From assembly GCA_963753435.1 (NCBI GenBank), contig CAVWCF010000001.1:1568001-1632000 (forward strand): a DNA stretch of 64,000 bases, written 5' to 3'. How positions within the stretch are numbered: the stretch's first letter is position 1; each line of letters begins with the position of its first letter. Of this stretch, positions 1-8,789 are shown piece by piece. The position numbers were made by a program, and so were the translations under genes. Origin of the DNA: an uncultured Actinomycetota bacterium. GTDB taxonomy: Bacteria; Actinomycetota; Actinomycetes; CAVWCF01. The notes under the pieces were generated by a model, which did not search any database, was not told the origin of the DNA, and was given only the letters and a program-made list of their open reading frames with translations.

Positions 1-1222
1 TACCGAGTTCGGTTTGGCCGGCTGCGCCGAGGCCCTTGTGCTCGTCCTTCTCGAACTGGGCCGCGCCACCGTGCGACTTCTTGCTGCGGATCTTGGCGGA
101 CTCGACCTCCTTGTGCACCCACGCGTTGGCCAACTCCGGGTTGTTGGTGCGCGCCGGGCTCGGGATGACCACAGCCAGGTCGCGGGGGCCGTCGCCGACG
201 ATCTGGTGGGTGTCGATGCCCCAACCCTGGTCGATCAGCTGGTTGCGCCGACGCCGGTAAGCCACCTGCAGCGAGTCGGAGCGCACGTGCATCTCGTCGG
301 ACAGGTCGTAGGGCAGCAACTCCGGACGCTGCAGGCTGATGACGTCGTCGTCCTGCTTGAAGATGTAGTGCACGCGCTTGATCGCGTCCTTGTCGGCCCA
401 GTCGCCCTTGAGGAACGTGCGGCACGCGATGAACAGCGAACGGGTCTCCTTCTCCGAGACCGGGACGTTGGCGTCGATCAGCAGCATCGTGCCGAACGGC
501 AGCGGCACCTGGAGGATGTTGATGTTCGGCAGGTAGAAGCCGGCCTTGGTCGGGATCTGCACCGGGGTGTCCACGTCCTCAACGGACTTGCGGAACAACT
601 TGCCCCAGGCGCCCTTGGGCTGGCCCGGCGGCGGGTACAGCGGGATCGTCGCCAGGCCGGACCACTCCGTCAGCACGACGTCGAAGTCGCCGACCTCGGG
701 CTTGTCCAGGTTGCCGAACCGGTTGCCGTGCACGAACGGTGCGTGGCTGGGGTCCATGGCGTTCTCAAGGGCGCGCTCGTAGTTGACCGGCCACCAGTAC
801 TCGCCGTAGACCTTCTTGAACTGCGGGTCCTCCAGCTCCGGGATCTCCGGCAGCGGGTGCCGCTCGGACTCCGGCAGGTCGCCGAGGAACACGAAGACGA
901 GGTTGTACTTCTCCTTGACCGGGTAGGAGTCGACGCGGGCCTTCTTCGGGATGCCGCGCTCGGGGTGCGCCGGGATCTTCTCGCAGTCGCCGTCGCCGTT
1001 GAACTCCCAGCCGTGGTACGGGCAGACGACGCACGAAGCGTCCTCGGACAGCCAGCCGCCGGCCAACGACCCACCGCGGTGCACGCACAGGTCGGAAAGG
1101 CAGTGGATCTCGCCCTTCTTGTCACGCCAGAGCACGAACTTCTGACCCAAGGCCTGCATCGACAGGGGCTTGGTGGTGACGTTGTGGCTGAACTCCACGG
1201 CGTACCACATGTTCTTCAGCAT
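1..1222 (-). CDS. Rieske non-heme iron oxygenase alpha subunit (VanA/CAO/PAO-like class), 3' end beyond window edge
   Basis: Not in the ORF track (no stop inside the window). Hand translation from ATG 1222 (RBS AGGAGG): MLKNMWYAV...DLCVHRGGSL...CPYHGWEF (Rieske CxH/CxxH), ENAMDPSHAPFVH (mononuclear Fe motif) and IFKQDDDVI (Fe-binding Asp). Confidence 0.92.
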   Translation of the reverse strand, partial: MLKNMWYAVEFSHNVTTKPLSMQALGQKFVLWRDKKGEIHCLSDLCVHRGGSLAGGWLSEDASCVVCPYHGWEFNGDGDCEKIPAHPERGIPKKARVDSYPVKEKYNLVFVFLGDLPESERHPLPEIPELEDPQFKKVYGEYWWPVNYERALENAMDPSHAPFVHGNRFGNLDKPEVGDFDVVLTEWSGLATIPLYPPPGQPKGAWGKLFRKSVEDVDTPVQIPTKAGFYLPNINILQVPLPFGTMLLIDANVPVSEKETRSLFIACRTFLKGDWADKDAIKRVHYIFKQDDDVISLQRPELLPYDLSDEMHVRSDSLQVAYRRRRNQLIDQGWGIDTHQIVGDGPRDLAVVIPSPARTNNPELANAWVHKEVESAKIRSKKSHGGAAQFEKDEHKGLGAAGQTELG

Positions 1223-1274
1223 CGGTCTTTCCTCCTGTGGGGGCCGGTTGGGTCGGCCGGTCGTCGGTAAATGC

Positions 1275-2270
1275 TCACCCGGTTGCCGCCGGAGCGCGAC
1301 GGACCAAGGTCACTAGTTCGTCCCGGGTATCGGAACGCTGCACCAAGCGGGCTCCCGCGTCGGGGTCCTGCAGCACCGCATGGCGCAGGAAGTCGATCAT
1401 GAGGCCGGCCATGGATTCCCGCGCGGCGACCGGGTCGGCGATCGCCGCACCGTCCAGGAATCCGCGCGCGCACGTGGGGTCCTCGGGGTCGCCGGGAAGG
1501 AAGTGGTTGGAACCGGTGAAATCGCCCCACCAGGCCTCAACGTCCGGGGAGATCGCGTCGGCGAACGTCCGCTCGACCGGGTTCTGGCGCTCCTGGCCCT
1601 CCTGGCCGTAGCGAACCGCCGAGGCGGCCATGATCCCGTCCTCGGTCCCGGACATCAGCAGCACCGGTACGTCGACCGGGGAGGCCAGCAGCGCGCCAGG
1701 TTCGTAGCCGAGGACCGTCGCCGGCTGCGTGTGCGCACCGAACGTGGCGGCGGCCATCAGCTCGGGGAACCAGCGGCGGCTGGCCGACTGCAGCGTGATC
1801 GTGCCTCCGGCCGAATGGCCGAACAGCGCGACCCGGCCGGTGTCCAGGACATCAGGGAACGGCCCGGTGGCGTTCGCTTCGGCCACCGCGTCCAGGATCG
1901 AACGCAGGGCGCCGGCGGGCGGGCTTTGCCCGTAGGTGTCCGGCGTGATCGCACCCAGGTCGATGCCTGGGGAGATGCCGAACTGGCCGGGCATCAGATC
2001 GGTGACCAGGTCGAAGGTGACCGCGGCAAACCCGGACTCGACCAGCCGGATCGCCAGCCAGCGGTAGGCGTCCTGCCCGACATTCACCCCCGGCATGATC
2101 ACCACCACCGGGTACGGCGCGCCGGAGCGGTCCGCGGGGATGAACCCGCTCATCCGTTCCGCCAGCGAACCGGTGAACTGCGCGGGGTAGTAGATCTTCA
2201 GGTGCGCGGTGTCGAACGGCGCCGGTGCCCCGGGAACCCGGGTCGCCCACCAGAACGAGCGAACAGTCAC
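1275..2270 (-). CDS. Alpha/beta hydrolase, chlorophyllase/dienelactone hydrolase/cutinase-like
   Basis: YPVVVIMPG, nucleophile elbow GHSAGG, GTEDG (Asp), GSNH (His). GTG 2270 with GGAGGT RBS. Confidence 0.8.
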   Translation of the reverse strand: MTVRSFWWATRVPGAPAPFDTAHLKIYYPAQFTGSLAERMSGFIPADRSGAPYPVVVIMPGVNVGQDAYRWLAIRLVESGFAAVTFDLVTDLMPGQFGISPGIDLGAITPDTYGQSPPAGALRSILDAVAEANATGPFPDVLDTGRVALFGHSAGGTITLQSASRRWFPELMAAATFGAHTQPATVLGYEPGALLASPVDVPVLLMSGTEDGIMAASAVRYGQEGQERQNPVERTFADAISPDVEAWWGDFTGSNHFLPGDPEDPTCARGFLDGAAIADPVAARESMAGLMIDFLRHAVLQDPDAGARLVQRSDTRDELVTLVRRAPAATG

Positions 2271-2328
2271 TGGTGGGCTGACCTCCGTCGGTTGCGCAGT
2301 CCCGCGGGTGCGGGACCCATGCTCTGGT

Positions 2329-3141
2329 TCAGGCGCCGGCGTGGGGCAGCACGCGCTGCGACCCGGTGAGCGCCACAACCAGTTTGTCCACGATCTCCTT
2401 GCCGAACAGCCGCTCGCCCACGGAGTTGGCCGGGTCGAGCTCGGCGATCCGGCTACGCATGTCGATGGTGTGCTGCAGCATCGCCGGCTGCTCGTCGGCG
2501 GGCACCGGGTCGGCGTTGTCCCACCAGGACAACCACAGGTCCAGTTTGTCGCTGGCCTGCTTCATGATGATGTCGACGGTCTCCTGCGTCATGGGACCGG
2601 AGTAGCAGAAGGCGGTGGGGCTGGTGACCGCGCGGATGTAGGCCATCGGGCTGGTGAACCAGTCCAACTGCGGGTTGTTGCGGCGGGTCTCCAGCCACTC
2701 CTCGTTCTGGGACTCGAAGTACTTGAAGTGGTAGTCGGTGTTCGTGCACAGGTCCCGGCGGGGCAGGTGGTCGATGTACGCCCACGGCCGCGCGCCGAAG
2801 TTGGCGAACGCCATGCCGAAGAACGGGATGTCCGTCTGCGGTCCGGGGGAGATGGTCAGGTGCAGGTTCGCGAACCCACCCTTGGGGTCGGCCATCCAGG
2901 AGTAAACGAGCCAGTCGATCTCGGGGCCGGCGAAGCACTGCACCTGCCCGTGGATGCCGGAACCGATCTCGCCGGCGACCTCGAGGCCGTTGGTGGACGG
3001 GTCCTGCTTGAGCTCGAACCTTTCGTTGACCTTGGCCATGAGCTTGGCCAGTTCGTCGCGCCACTGCTCGTAGATCCAAGTGACGTCGATCGGGCCGGAC
3101 TCGTCGATGAGTTCCTGGACCGTGCTGAGCGTTTCGCCCAC
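2329..3141 (-). CDS. Red chlorophyll catabolite reductase-like protein (ferredoxin-dependent bilin reductase family)
   Basis: Motifs in RCCR order: GPEIDWLVYSW, YIDHLPRRDLxxNxDY, SPMAYIRAVTSPTA, C-terminal ELDPAxxxxxRLFG. GGAGG RBS. Confidence 0.78.
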   Translation of the reverse strand: MGETLSTVQELIDESGPIDVTWIYEQWRDELAKLMAKVNERFELKQDPSTNGLEVAGEIGSGIHGQVQCFAGPEIDWLVYSWMADPKGGFANLHLTISPGPQTDIPFFGMAFANFGARPWAYIDHLPRRDLCTNTDYHFKYFESQNEEWLETRRNNPQLDWFTSPMAYIRAVTSPTAFCYSGPMTQETVDIIMKQASDKLDLWLSWWDNADPVPADEQPAMLQHTIDMRSRIAELDPANSVGERLFGKEIVDKLVVALTGSQRVLPHAGA

Positions 3142-3164
3142 GTCTTGCCTCCCTCAGTGCGCCA

Positions 3165-3220
3165 TTCCGTTGCGCGGAACGGCGTTGCAGAACCGTACGG
3201 TGGTGTTGCGCAGCGTGCCA
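3165..3220 (-). promoter_or_regulatory. Putative promoter (-35 TGGCAC, 17 bp, -10 TACGGT) with IclR-type operator TTCCG-N5-CGGAA at 3165-3179
   Basis: Inverted repeat ttccg-ttgcg-cggaa. Same motif and same 12-bp distance to the -10 box as the site at 17109-17123. Confidence 0.6.
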
Positions 3221-3286
3221 CGGCGGGGGGCACGCGGTCAGGGAGCGTGGACCCATGCATTGGGGACTTTGGTCCCGACTTTGGGC

Positions 3287-3982
3287 CTAGCCGGGCGCGG
3301 GCGCGGGTGCGGTCCCGCCGAGGCGGGCCGGCTGCCACCACTGGCCGGCGCCGTCGTCCGGGTAGGTCTCCTGGGCGACGTGGACCATCTCGGTGATGCG
3401 ACTGCGCAGTTGCTCGGTGGCGACCTCGGGGTCGCCGGCGCTGTCAATGGGTTCGCCGACGATGACGGTGATGGGGACGCCGCGCTGCTTGAGGCTGGAG
3501 TGCTCGTCGTAGGTCCACAGCCGCTGCGTCCCCCACAAGGCCACCGGCACGATCGGCGCCTTGCCGCCCTTGGCGATACGCACCGCTCCGGTCTTGAACT
3601 CCTTGGGCTCAAACGACCGGGAGATGGTCGCCTCCGGGAAGATGCCGACCGCTTCACCGGCGCGCAGCGCGCCCAGCGCTTCCCGGATGCTGGCCGTTCC
3701 CGCGTCCCGGTCGACCGGGATGTGGTGCATCCCGCGCATCAGCGGCCCGCCGATCCGGTGCTCGAACACCGACTTCTTGGCCATGAACCGCACGTAGCGC
3801 TTGGCCGGCCGGGCGGCCAGCCCGGCAAAGATGAAGTCCAGGTGGCTGATGTGGTTGCTGGCGACCACCAACGGTCCAGTTCGGGGCACCTTCTCCGCGC
3901 CGCGCAGGTCGATCTTCAGCCCGAGGGCGAAGAACGAGCCGCGCAGCGCGGCAACAACCGGGGGGTAGACGAAATCGGCCAC
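3287..3982 (-). CDS. Lysophospholipid acyltransferase (PlsC family)
   Basis: NHISHLD (HxxxxD), FMAKKS and IFPEAT motifs. -10-like TAGTCT 6 nt before GTG suggests a leaderless transcript. Confidence 0.88.
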   Translation of the reverse strand: MADFVYPPVVAALRGSFFALGLKIDLRGAEKVPRTGPLVVASNHISHLDFIFAGLAARPAKRYVRFMAKKSVFEHRIGGPLMRGMHHIPVDRDAGTASIREALGALRAGEAVGIFPEATISRSFEPKEFKTGAVRIAKGGKAPIVPVALWGTQRLWTYDEHSSLKQRGVPITVIVGEPIDSAGDPEVATEQLRSRITEMVHVAQETYPDDGAGQWWQPARLGGTAPAPAPG

Positions 3983-4097
3983 GCCCAGAGACTAGGACGC
4001 GCGACGGCGCCCGGCTGCGGAGTTCCCAGGTGTACGGCTAAGCGGTGACGGTGATCTCGTGGATCTCTTCGAGGGCGGTCTCGTCCGAGTGCGGTCC

Positions 4098-5835
4098 TCA
4101 GTTGGTGATTGCGTCCATCAGTTGCCACGGACGGCCGTCGACCAGGTCGGTGCCGCGGGAGACCATGCGGTTGGTCGCTTGCGCGGGGGACACCTCCACC
4201 AGCGTGATCTCGGCGTTCGGGTCGACCAACACCGGGTCGGGACGGGAGATCACCCCGTTGAACGGCTCGGTGCGCTCGGTGGACCAGAGCGTGAACTCGC
4301 CACTGAGCGGGATCACCACGCTGGCACCGGCCGGACCGGGACGGGTCGCCGCGACCAGGTTCAGTCGATTCTCCGCAGCGCGCTCCACCAGACCGGTCCG
4401 TAGTTCCCAGGACTCCGCAACGCTGAACGGCAGCGCAACCACGTCGGCGTCCGCCAGCGCCGCCAGCCGGAACGTCTCCGGGTAGACCGCATCGTCACCG
4501 ACGACCAGCGCCAGGCGGCCCCACGGCAGCTCGACGATGTTCAGGCCGTCACCGAGGTCAGTGACCCAGCGGATGCCGGGCGACGGCATGCAACTGGCGT
4601 TGCCGGGCCACGATGCCGTCGGCACCGATGAGCACTGCCTCGTGCGCGGCGCCGGCGGGCAGGCTGGTGACCACGTGCGCCGAGCCCGCTACTGCCGCGA
4701 TGGCAGCAACGGCTGCGGCCGACCGGGCCTCGGCCGCGGCGGCGTCCACGTCCACAACGCCCCCGGCGAAGCAGAACAACTCCGGCAGCACGACCAGCTG
4801 AGCGCCGTCGGCGACCGCCTGCGCCACTGCCGTAGCGGCGGCGGGGATGGCGTCGGGTCCGTCGGCGGCGGGCTGAACCACGGCGGTGCGCAGCACCGGT
4901 GACCCCGCGGGAGCCTGCCGGCCCTTGGGGGCGTCGGCGAGCGCGGCGTACAACTCCGGCCGCCGGTTGGCGAACACGTCGGTGCCGTCCGGTCGGGTCT
5001 TGGCATCGGCGAGCGCGACGTCGATGTCGGCCACGACCACCGCCTCACCGGTCAGCGGCCCTTGGGCGACGACAGTGCCATCGGGGGCCACGATCTGGCT
5101 CTCCCCGGCACCGTGTAGCCGCTCCACCGGGACGCCGACACCGGTGCTGACCTGCTCGATGTTGCCCGGCGGGATCAGCGGGCCGACCTTGTTGGCCGCG
5201 ACGATCCAGACCCGGTTCTCCGGGGCGCGCACCGGGATGTGCAGGTTCGCCTCGTCCAGGGCGAAGGAGTTGAGGCTGTTCAGCAGCACCTGCGCGCCGC
5301 GCAGCGCCAGGCCGCGCGGGGTCTCGTTGATGACGCCGTCCATGCAGGAGTACATGCCGAAGCGCGCCAGTTCGGTCTCGACGATCGGACCGGTGCTGAT
5401 CGCGTCGTCCAGGTGCAGGCGCTCGCTGCCCATGAGGACCTGCTTGTCGGAGTCGGCGACGACGGCGCCTTGCGGACTGCACAGCACGTTGGTGCCGGTC
5501 GTGCGGCCGTCCTCGCGGGCGACCACCACGTTGACCATGACGTAGGCGGCGTGCTCCTTGGCCTTGGCGGCGATGGCGCCGACGAACGGCCCGTCGAGGG
5601 TCACGGCCATGCGCCGGGAGTGCTCGCGGTCGTCGTACCAGGACACGTGGTTGCAGAACTCCGGCAGGACGATCACCTGCGCGCCCTCGGCCGCGGCAGC
5701 GTCGATCATGCGCAGGCAGGTGGCGAGGTTCTCGTCAACGTCCGTGCCGACAGCGAACTGGACTGCGGCCACCCGTAGGTGGCCGTGCGCCGGCGTTTCG
5801 CCGTCGACGGAGCGCACCACCACCGGCTCGCTCAC
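4098..5835 (-). CDS. Tandem two-domain carbon-nitrogen hydrolase (nitrilase/amidase), +1 frameshift at about 4569
   Basis: Domain 1 has LPEF/SDKQ/YSCMD (E-K-C triad). Removing one base joins HAVARHP to WVTDLGDG of ORF 4098-4625, giving about 578 aa. GTG overlaps the upstream TGA. Confidence 0.82.
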
Positions 5836-6743
5836 GCGGCCGCCTTCGGGAAGTCCCCTGCCTTGCTGACCAGAGCGGGGGTTGGTCGGCCCATCACCTC
5901 GCCGAGCCAGTCGGAGGCTGCGATCAGCGCTTCCAGGTCCGTGCCGGTTTCGTAGCCGCTGCGGTGCAGCAGGTAGACGAGGTCCTCGGTGGCGATGTTG
6001 CCGGTGGCCTTGGGGGCGAACGGGCAACCGCCGATGCCGCCCAGGCTGGCGTCCAGGACCGTCACGCCGTTCTCCACTGCGGTCAAGGCGTTGGCGTAGC
6101 CGGTGTTGCGGGTGTTGTGGAAGTGGGCGCGCAGTTGCACGTCGCCGATCGCGGCCTTGACCGCGGTCACGCGTTCGCGAACGTCCGGCGGTACCGCGAC
6201 CCCGATGGTGTCCGCCAGCGCGATCTCGTCGACGCCGATGCCGGCGATGCGCTCGGCCATGGCAACGATCCGTGAAACCGGCACCTCGCCCTCGAAGGGG
6301 CAGCCGAAGGAAGCACCGATGGTCACCGACGTCTTCAGGCCGGCGGCGCGAGCCAAGGGCGCGATCTTCTCGACGCCGTCGATCGTCTCGTCGGAGGTCA
6401 TGTTCTGGTTCTTGCCTGCGAACGTGTCCGTGCTTACGACGACCAGGTTGATCTCGTCCACCCCGGTCGGCTGGGCGCGCACAAACCCGCGCTCGTTGAC
6501 CACCAGGCCGATGGCGGAGAAGCGGTCGCGGTCCGGTCGGGCCGCCAGTCCGGCCATGACTTCCTCGGCGTCGGCCATCTTCGGGACGGCCTTGGGGCTC
6601 ACGAACGAAGTGGCCTCTGCGCGCCGGATGCCGGCGTCGAAAGCGCGGTTGATCAGCTCGACCTTCTGCGCCGTCGTCAGGTCGGCGGGGTCGTTCTGCA
6701 GGCCGTCGCGCGCGGCGACCTCGACGATCTGAACGGCGGTCAT
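5832..6743 (-). CDS. HMG-CoA lyase / citramalyl-CoA lyase family (DRE-TIM metallolyase)
   Basis: EVAARDGLQN, HFHNTR and GGIGGCPFAP..GN motifs. Confidence 0.92.
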   Translation of the reverse strand: MTAVQIVEVAARDGLQNDPADLTTAQKVELINRAFDAGIRRAEATSFVSPKAVPKMADAEEVMAGLAARPDRDRFSAIGLVVNERGFVRAQPTGVDEINLVVVSTDTFAGKNQNMTSDETIDGVEKIAPLARAAGLKTSVTIGASFGCPFEGEVPVSRIVAMAERIAGIGVDEIALADTIGVAVPPDVRERVTAVKAAIGDVQLRAHFHNTRNTGYANALTAVENGVTVLDASLGGIGGCPFAPKATGNIATEDLVYLLHRSGYETGTDLEALIAASDWLGEVMGRPTPALVSKAGDFPKAAA

Positions 6744-6854
6744 CTCCGGGATCCTCCTGCTGTTGCGGTCAAGCGCGGCACGCCCCAGCGGGGCTGCGGC
6801 AGCGAAGCGATCCTAGACTCGGCGATCAGATCGCCTAGGCCCGGGGAGGACCCG

Positions 6855-7136
6855 TTGATCACCCACGTCGTGCTGATGAAGTTCGCCGACTCTGCCAACG
6901 CCGCCGAGACCAAGAGCCGCTTGGAAGCGCTACCGGCGACGATCCCGCACATCAAGACGTTGCACGTCGGGCTCGATGTGATCCGCAGTGAGGTCTCCTT
7001 CGACCTGTGCCTGACCACGACCCACGACTCGGTTGAAGAGCTGAAGGCCTACCAGGGTCACCCCGATCACCTTGAGGTCGGCGCCTGGCTGCGCCCGTTG
7101 CTGGAAGCGCGCGCCACCGTCGACTACGAGTCCTGA
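6855..7136 (+). CDS. Dabb family stress-responsive alpha/beta barrel protein
   Basis: MITHVVLMKF...YQGHPDH...VDYE pattern. TTG start with GGAGGA RBS. Confidence 0.85.
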   Translation: MITHVVLMKFADSANAAETKSRLEALPATIPHIKTLHVGLDVIRSEVSFDLCLTTTHDSVEELKAYQGHPDHLEVGAWLRPLLEARATVDYES

Positions 7137-8590
7137 CCGGCGGTCTGGTCCTTCATCGGGATGGCGCCGGCCACTCCCACGTCGTGGGCGATGTCCTCGT
7201 CCGCGGCGTAGCGGTTCGGGATGATGCTCTTGCGCACGATCAGGCCGTAGATGGCGACGATGCCGGCCATGATGCCGAACAGAACGAACGGGGCGGCCGG
7301 TCGCCAGGCGTCGAACAGGATCCCGCCGACACCTAGCGCGATCATGATCCCCACCCCGCCGAACAGGGCGAACATGCCGATCACCGCGCCCCGGATCATC
7401 GGCGGCGCCTGTTCGGCAACGAGCACGTTGCTGGAGATGACTGCGCTCACCTGGCCCACGCCGATCAGCGCGGCGATTGCGAAGCCTTGGGCGCTGAACG
7501 GGTCGGAGATGGCCAAGGTGGCCGTGTAGCCGATCGCGGTGACCACCAGGGAGATGATCACGGCGTCCGTGCGGCCGATGCGGTCGGCGAGTATGCCCGT
7601 GACCGGTGCGGCCAGCAGCGCGGTGCCGTTGGCGACCGCCAGCAGGATCCCGGCCTTGGCCGTCGCCTCGCCGGTGGTCAGGCCGATGCTCTCGCCGTAC
7701 TGCTGCGCCCACAGGATCAGGAAGGCGCCCACCAGCGCCAGGTCGGCGCGAGCGACGAACGCTGCGGCGTAGGACAGGGAAAGGCCGGAGTCCTTGCCGG
7801 CCTTGAGGCCCTTGCCCACCAACTCGCGGATGGAGGGTTCGTCGGTCCGGGCGAACGCCTTGCCGCCGCGCAGCCCGACCCGCATGAGCACCGCTGTCAT
7901 GGCGGCCAGTCCCGCACCGACGAGGTACGTGGCGCGCAGCGCGGCGACCTCGCCGAGCCCGGCGCTCTCAAAGACGCTGGGGAGTTGCAGCAGCGCGGTG
8001 AACGTGATCAGTGCACCGATCCCGTTTGCGAAGCCCAGGATGCCGTTGGCCGTACCGCGCGTTTCGTCCCGCACGTAGTCGGTGACGATGGCGGTGATCA
8101 TCCCGGTGATGATGGCGATACCGATGCCGGCGACAGCCCGAGACGCGGTCAAGGACAAGACGTTGCCGACGAACGGGGTCAGCCCGATGCCGAGTGCGAT
8201 GAGGGCGTAGCCGAGAACCGCGACCGGGCGGCGCCCAACGCGGTCGGACCACGCGCCGGAAACCGCGACGACAACGATGAGGATGATCTCGCCCACCAGG
8301 CCGAGCAGGCCGGTGATGCGGCCTTGCTCGTCCTCGGGGATCTCCAGGATTGTCGTCAGCAGCCCGGCCTGCAGCGCGGGGACGAGCGTGAACAGCATGA
8401 TCGACGACAACGCCAGCCAGTAGTACGTGGCGACGTTGCCGCGAGTGGTGCCGCGGGTCAGCTTCAGTGGACCGAACTTCGGTGCGACCGCAGTGGCCGT
8501 ACCGCCGGTGCCCCCGTCGGCGGCGGGCGCCGATGCGTCCGGTTTGTCGCTAGCGGGTGGCTCGCCGCCACCTGCGCTGTGTCGTCCCAC
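7124..8590 (-). CDS. MFS transporter
   Basis: About 12 hydrophobic segments; motif A GAWSDRVGRR and GILADRIGR. Confidence 0.9.
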   Translation of the reverse strand: MGRHSAGGGEPPASDKPDASAPAADGGTGGTATAVAPKFGPLKLTRGTTRGNVATYYWLALSSIMLFTLVPALQAGLLTTILEIPEDEQGRITGLLGLVGEIILIVVVAVSGAWSDRVGRRPVAVLGYALIALGIGLTPFVGNVLSLTASRAVAGIGIAIITGMITAIVTDYVRDETRGTANGILGFANGIGALITFTALLQLPSVFESAGLGEVAALRATYLVGAGLAAMTAVLMRVGLRGGKAFARTDEPSIRELVGKGLKAGKDSGLSLSYAAAFVARADLALVGAFLILWAQQYGESIGLTTGEATAKAGILLAVANGTALLAAPVTGILADRIGRTDAVIISLVVTAIGYTATLAISDPFSAQGFAIAALIGVGQVSAVISSNVLVAEQAPPMIRGAVIGMFALFGGVGIMIALGVGGILFDAWRPAAPFVLFGIMAGIVAIYGLIVRKSIIPNRYAADEDIAHDVGVAGAIPMKDQTAGQDS

Positions 8591-8789
8591 GCTGTCCCCC
8601 TCGGATCCAGTTGCGACAGTCTGCCGTGCTGGCAACTGACGCGCTCGCCGAACCCCCTTCTCGGCACAGAGCCGCTCTCATAGGGCTCCACCGGAACGGT
8701 GCCGCACAGTGGCGTGGTTCGCCGAGACGGGCGCGCAGCAGTGAGCGGCTGAATTGCGGCCTAGCGCTATGAGAGCGGCTCTGTGCGGG

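Noticed and set aside
14-1270. 418-aa plus-strand ORF, and similar long antisense ORFs (10953-12266, 25129-26652, 16100-17329)
   Set aside because: Shadow frames opposite motif-bearing genes; expected in high-GC DNA.
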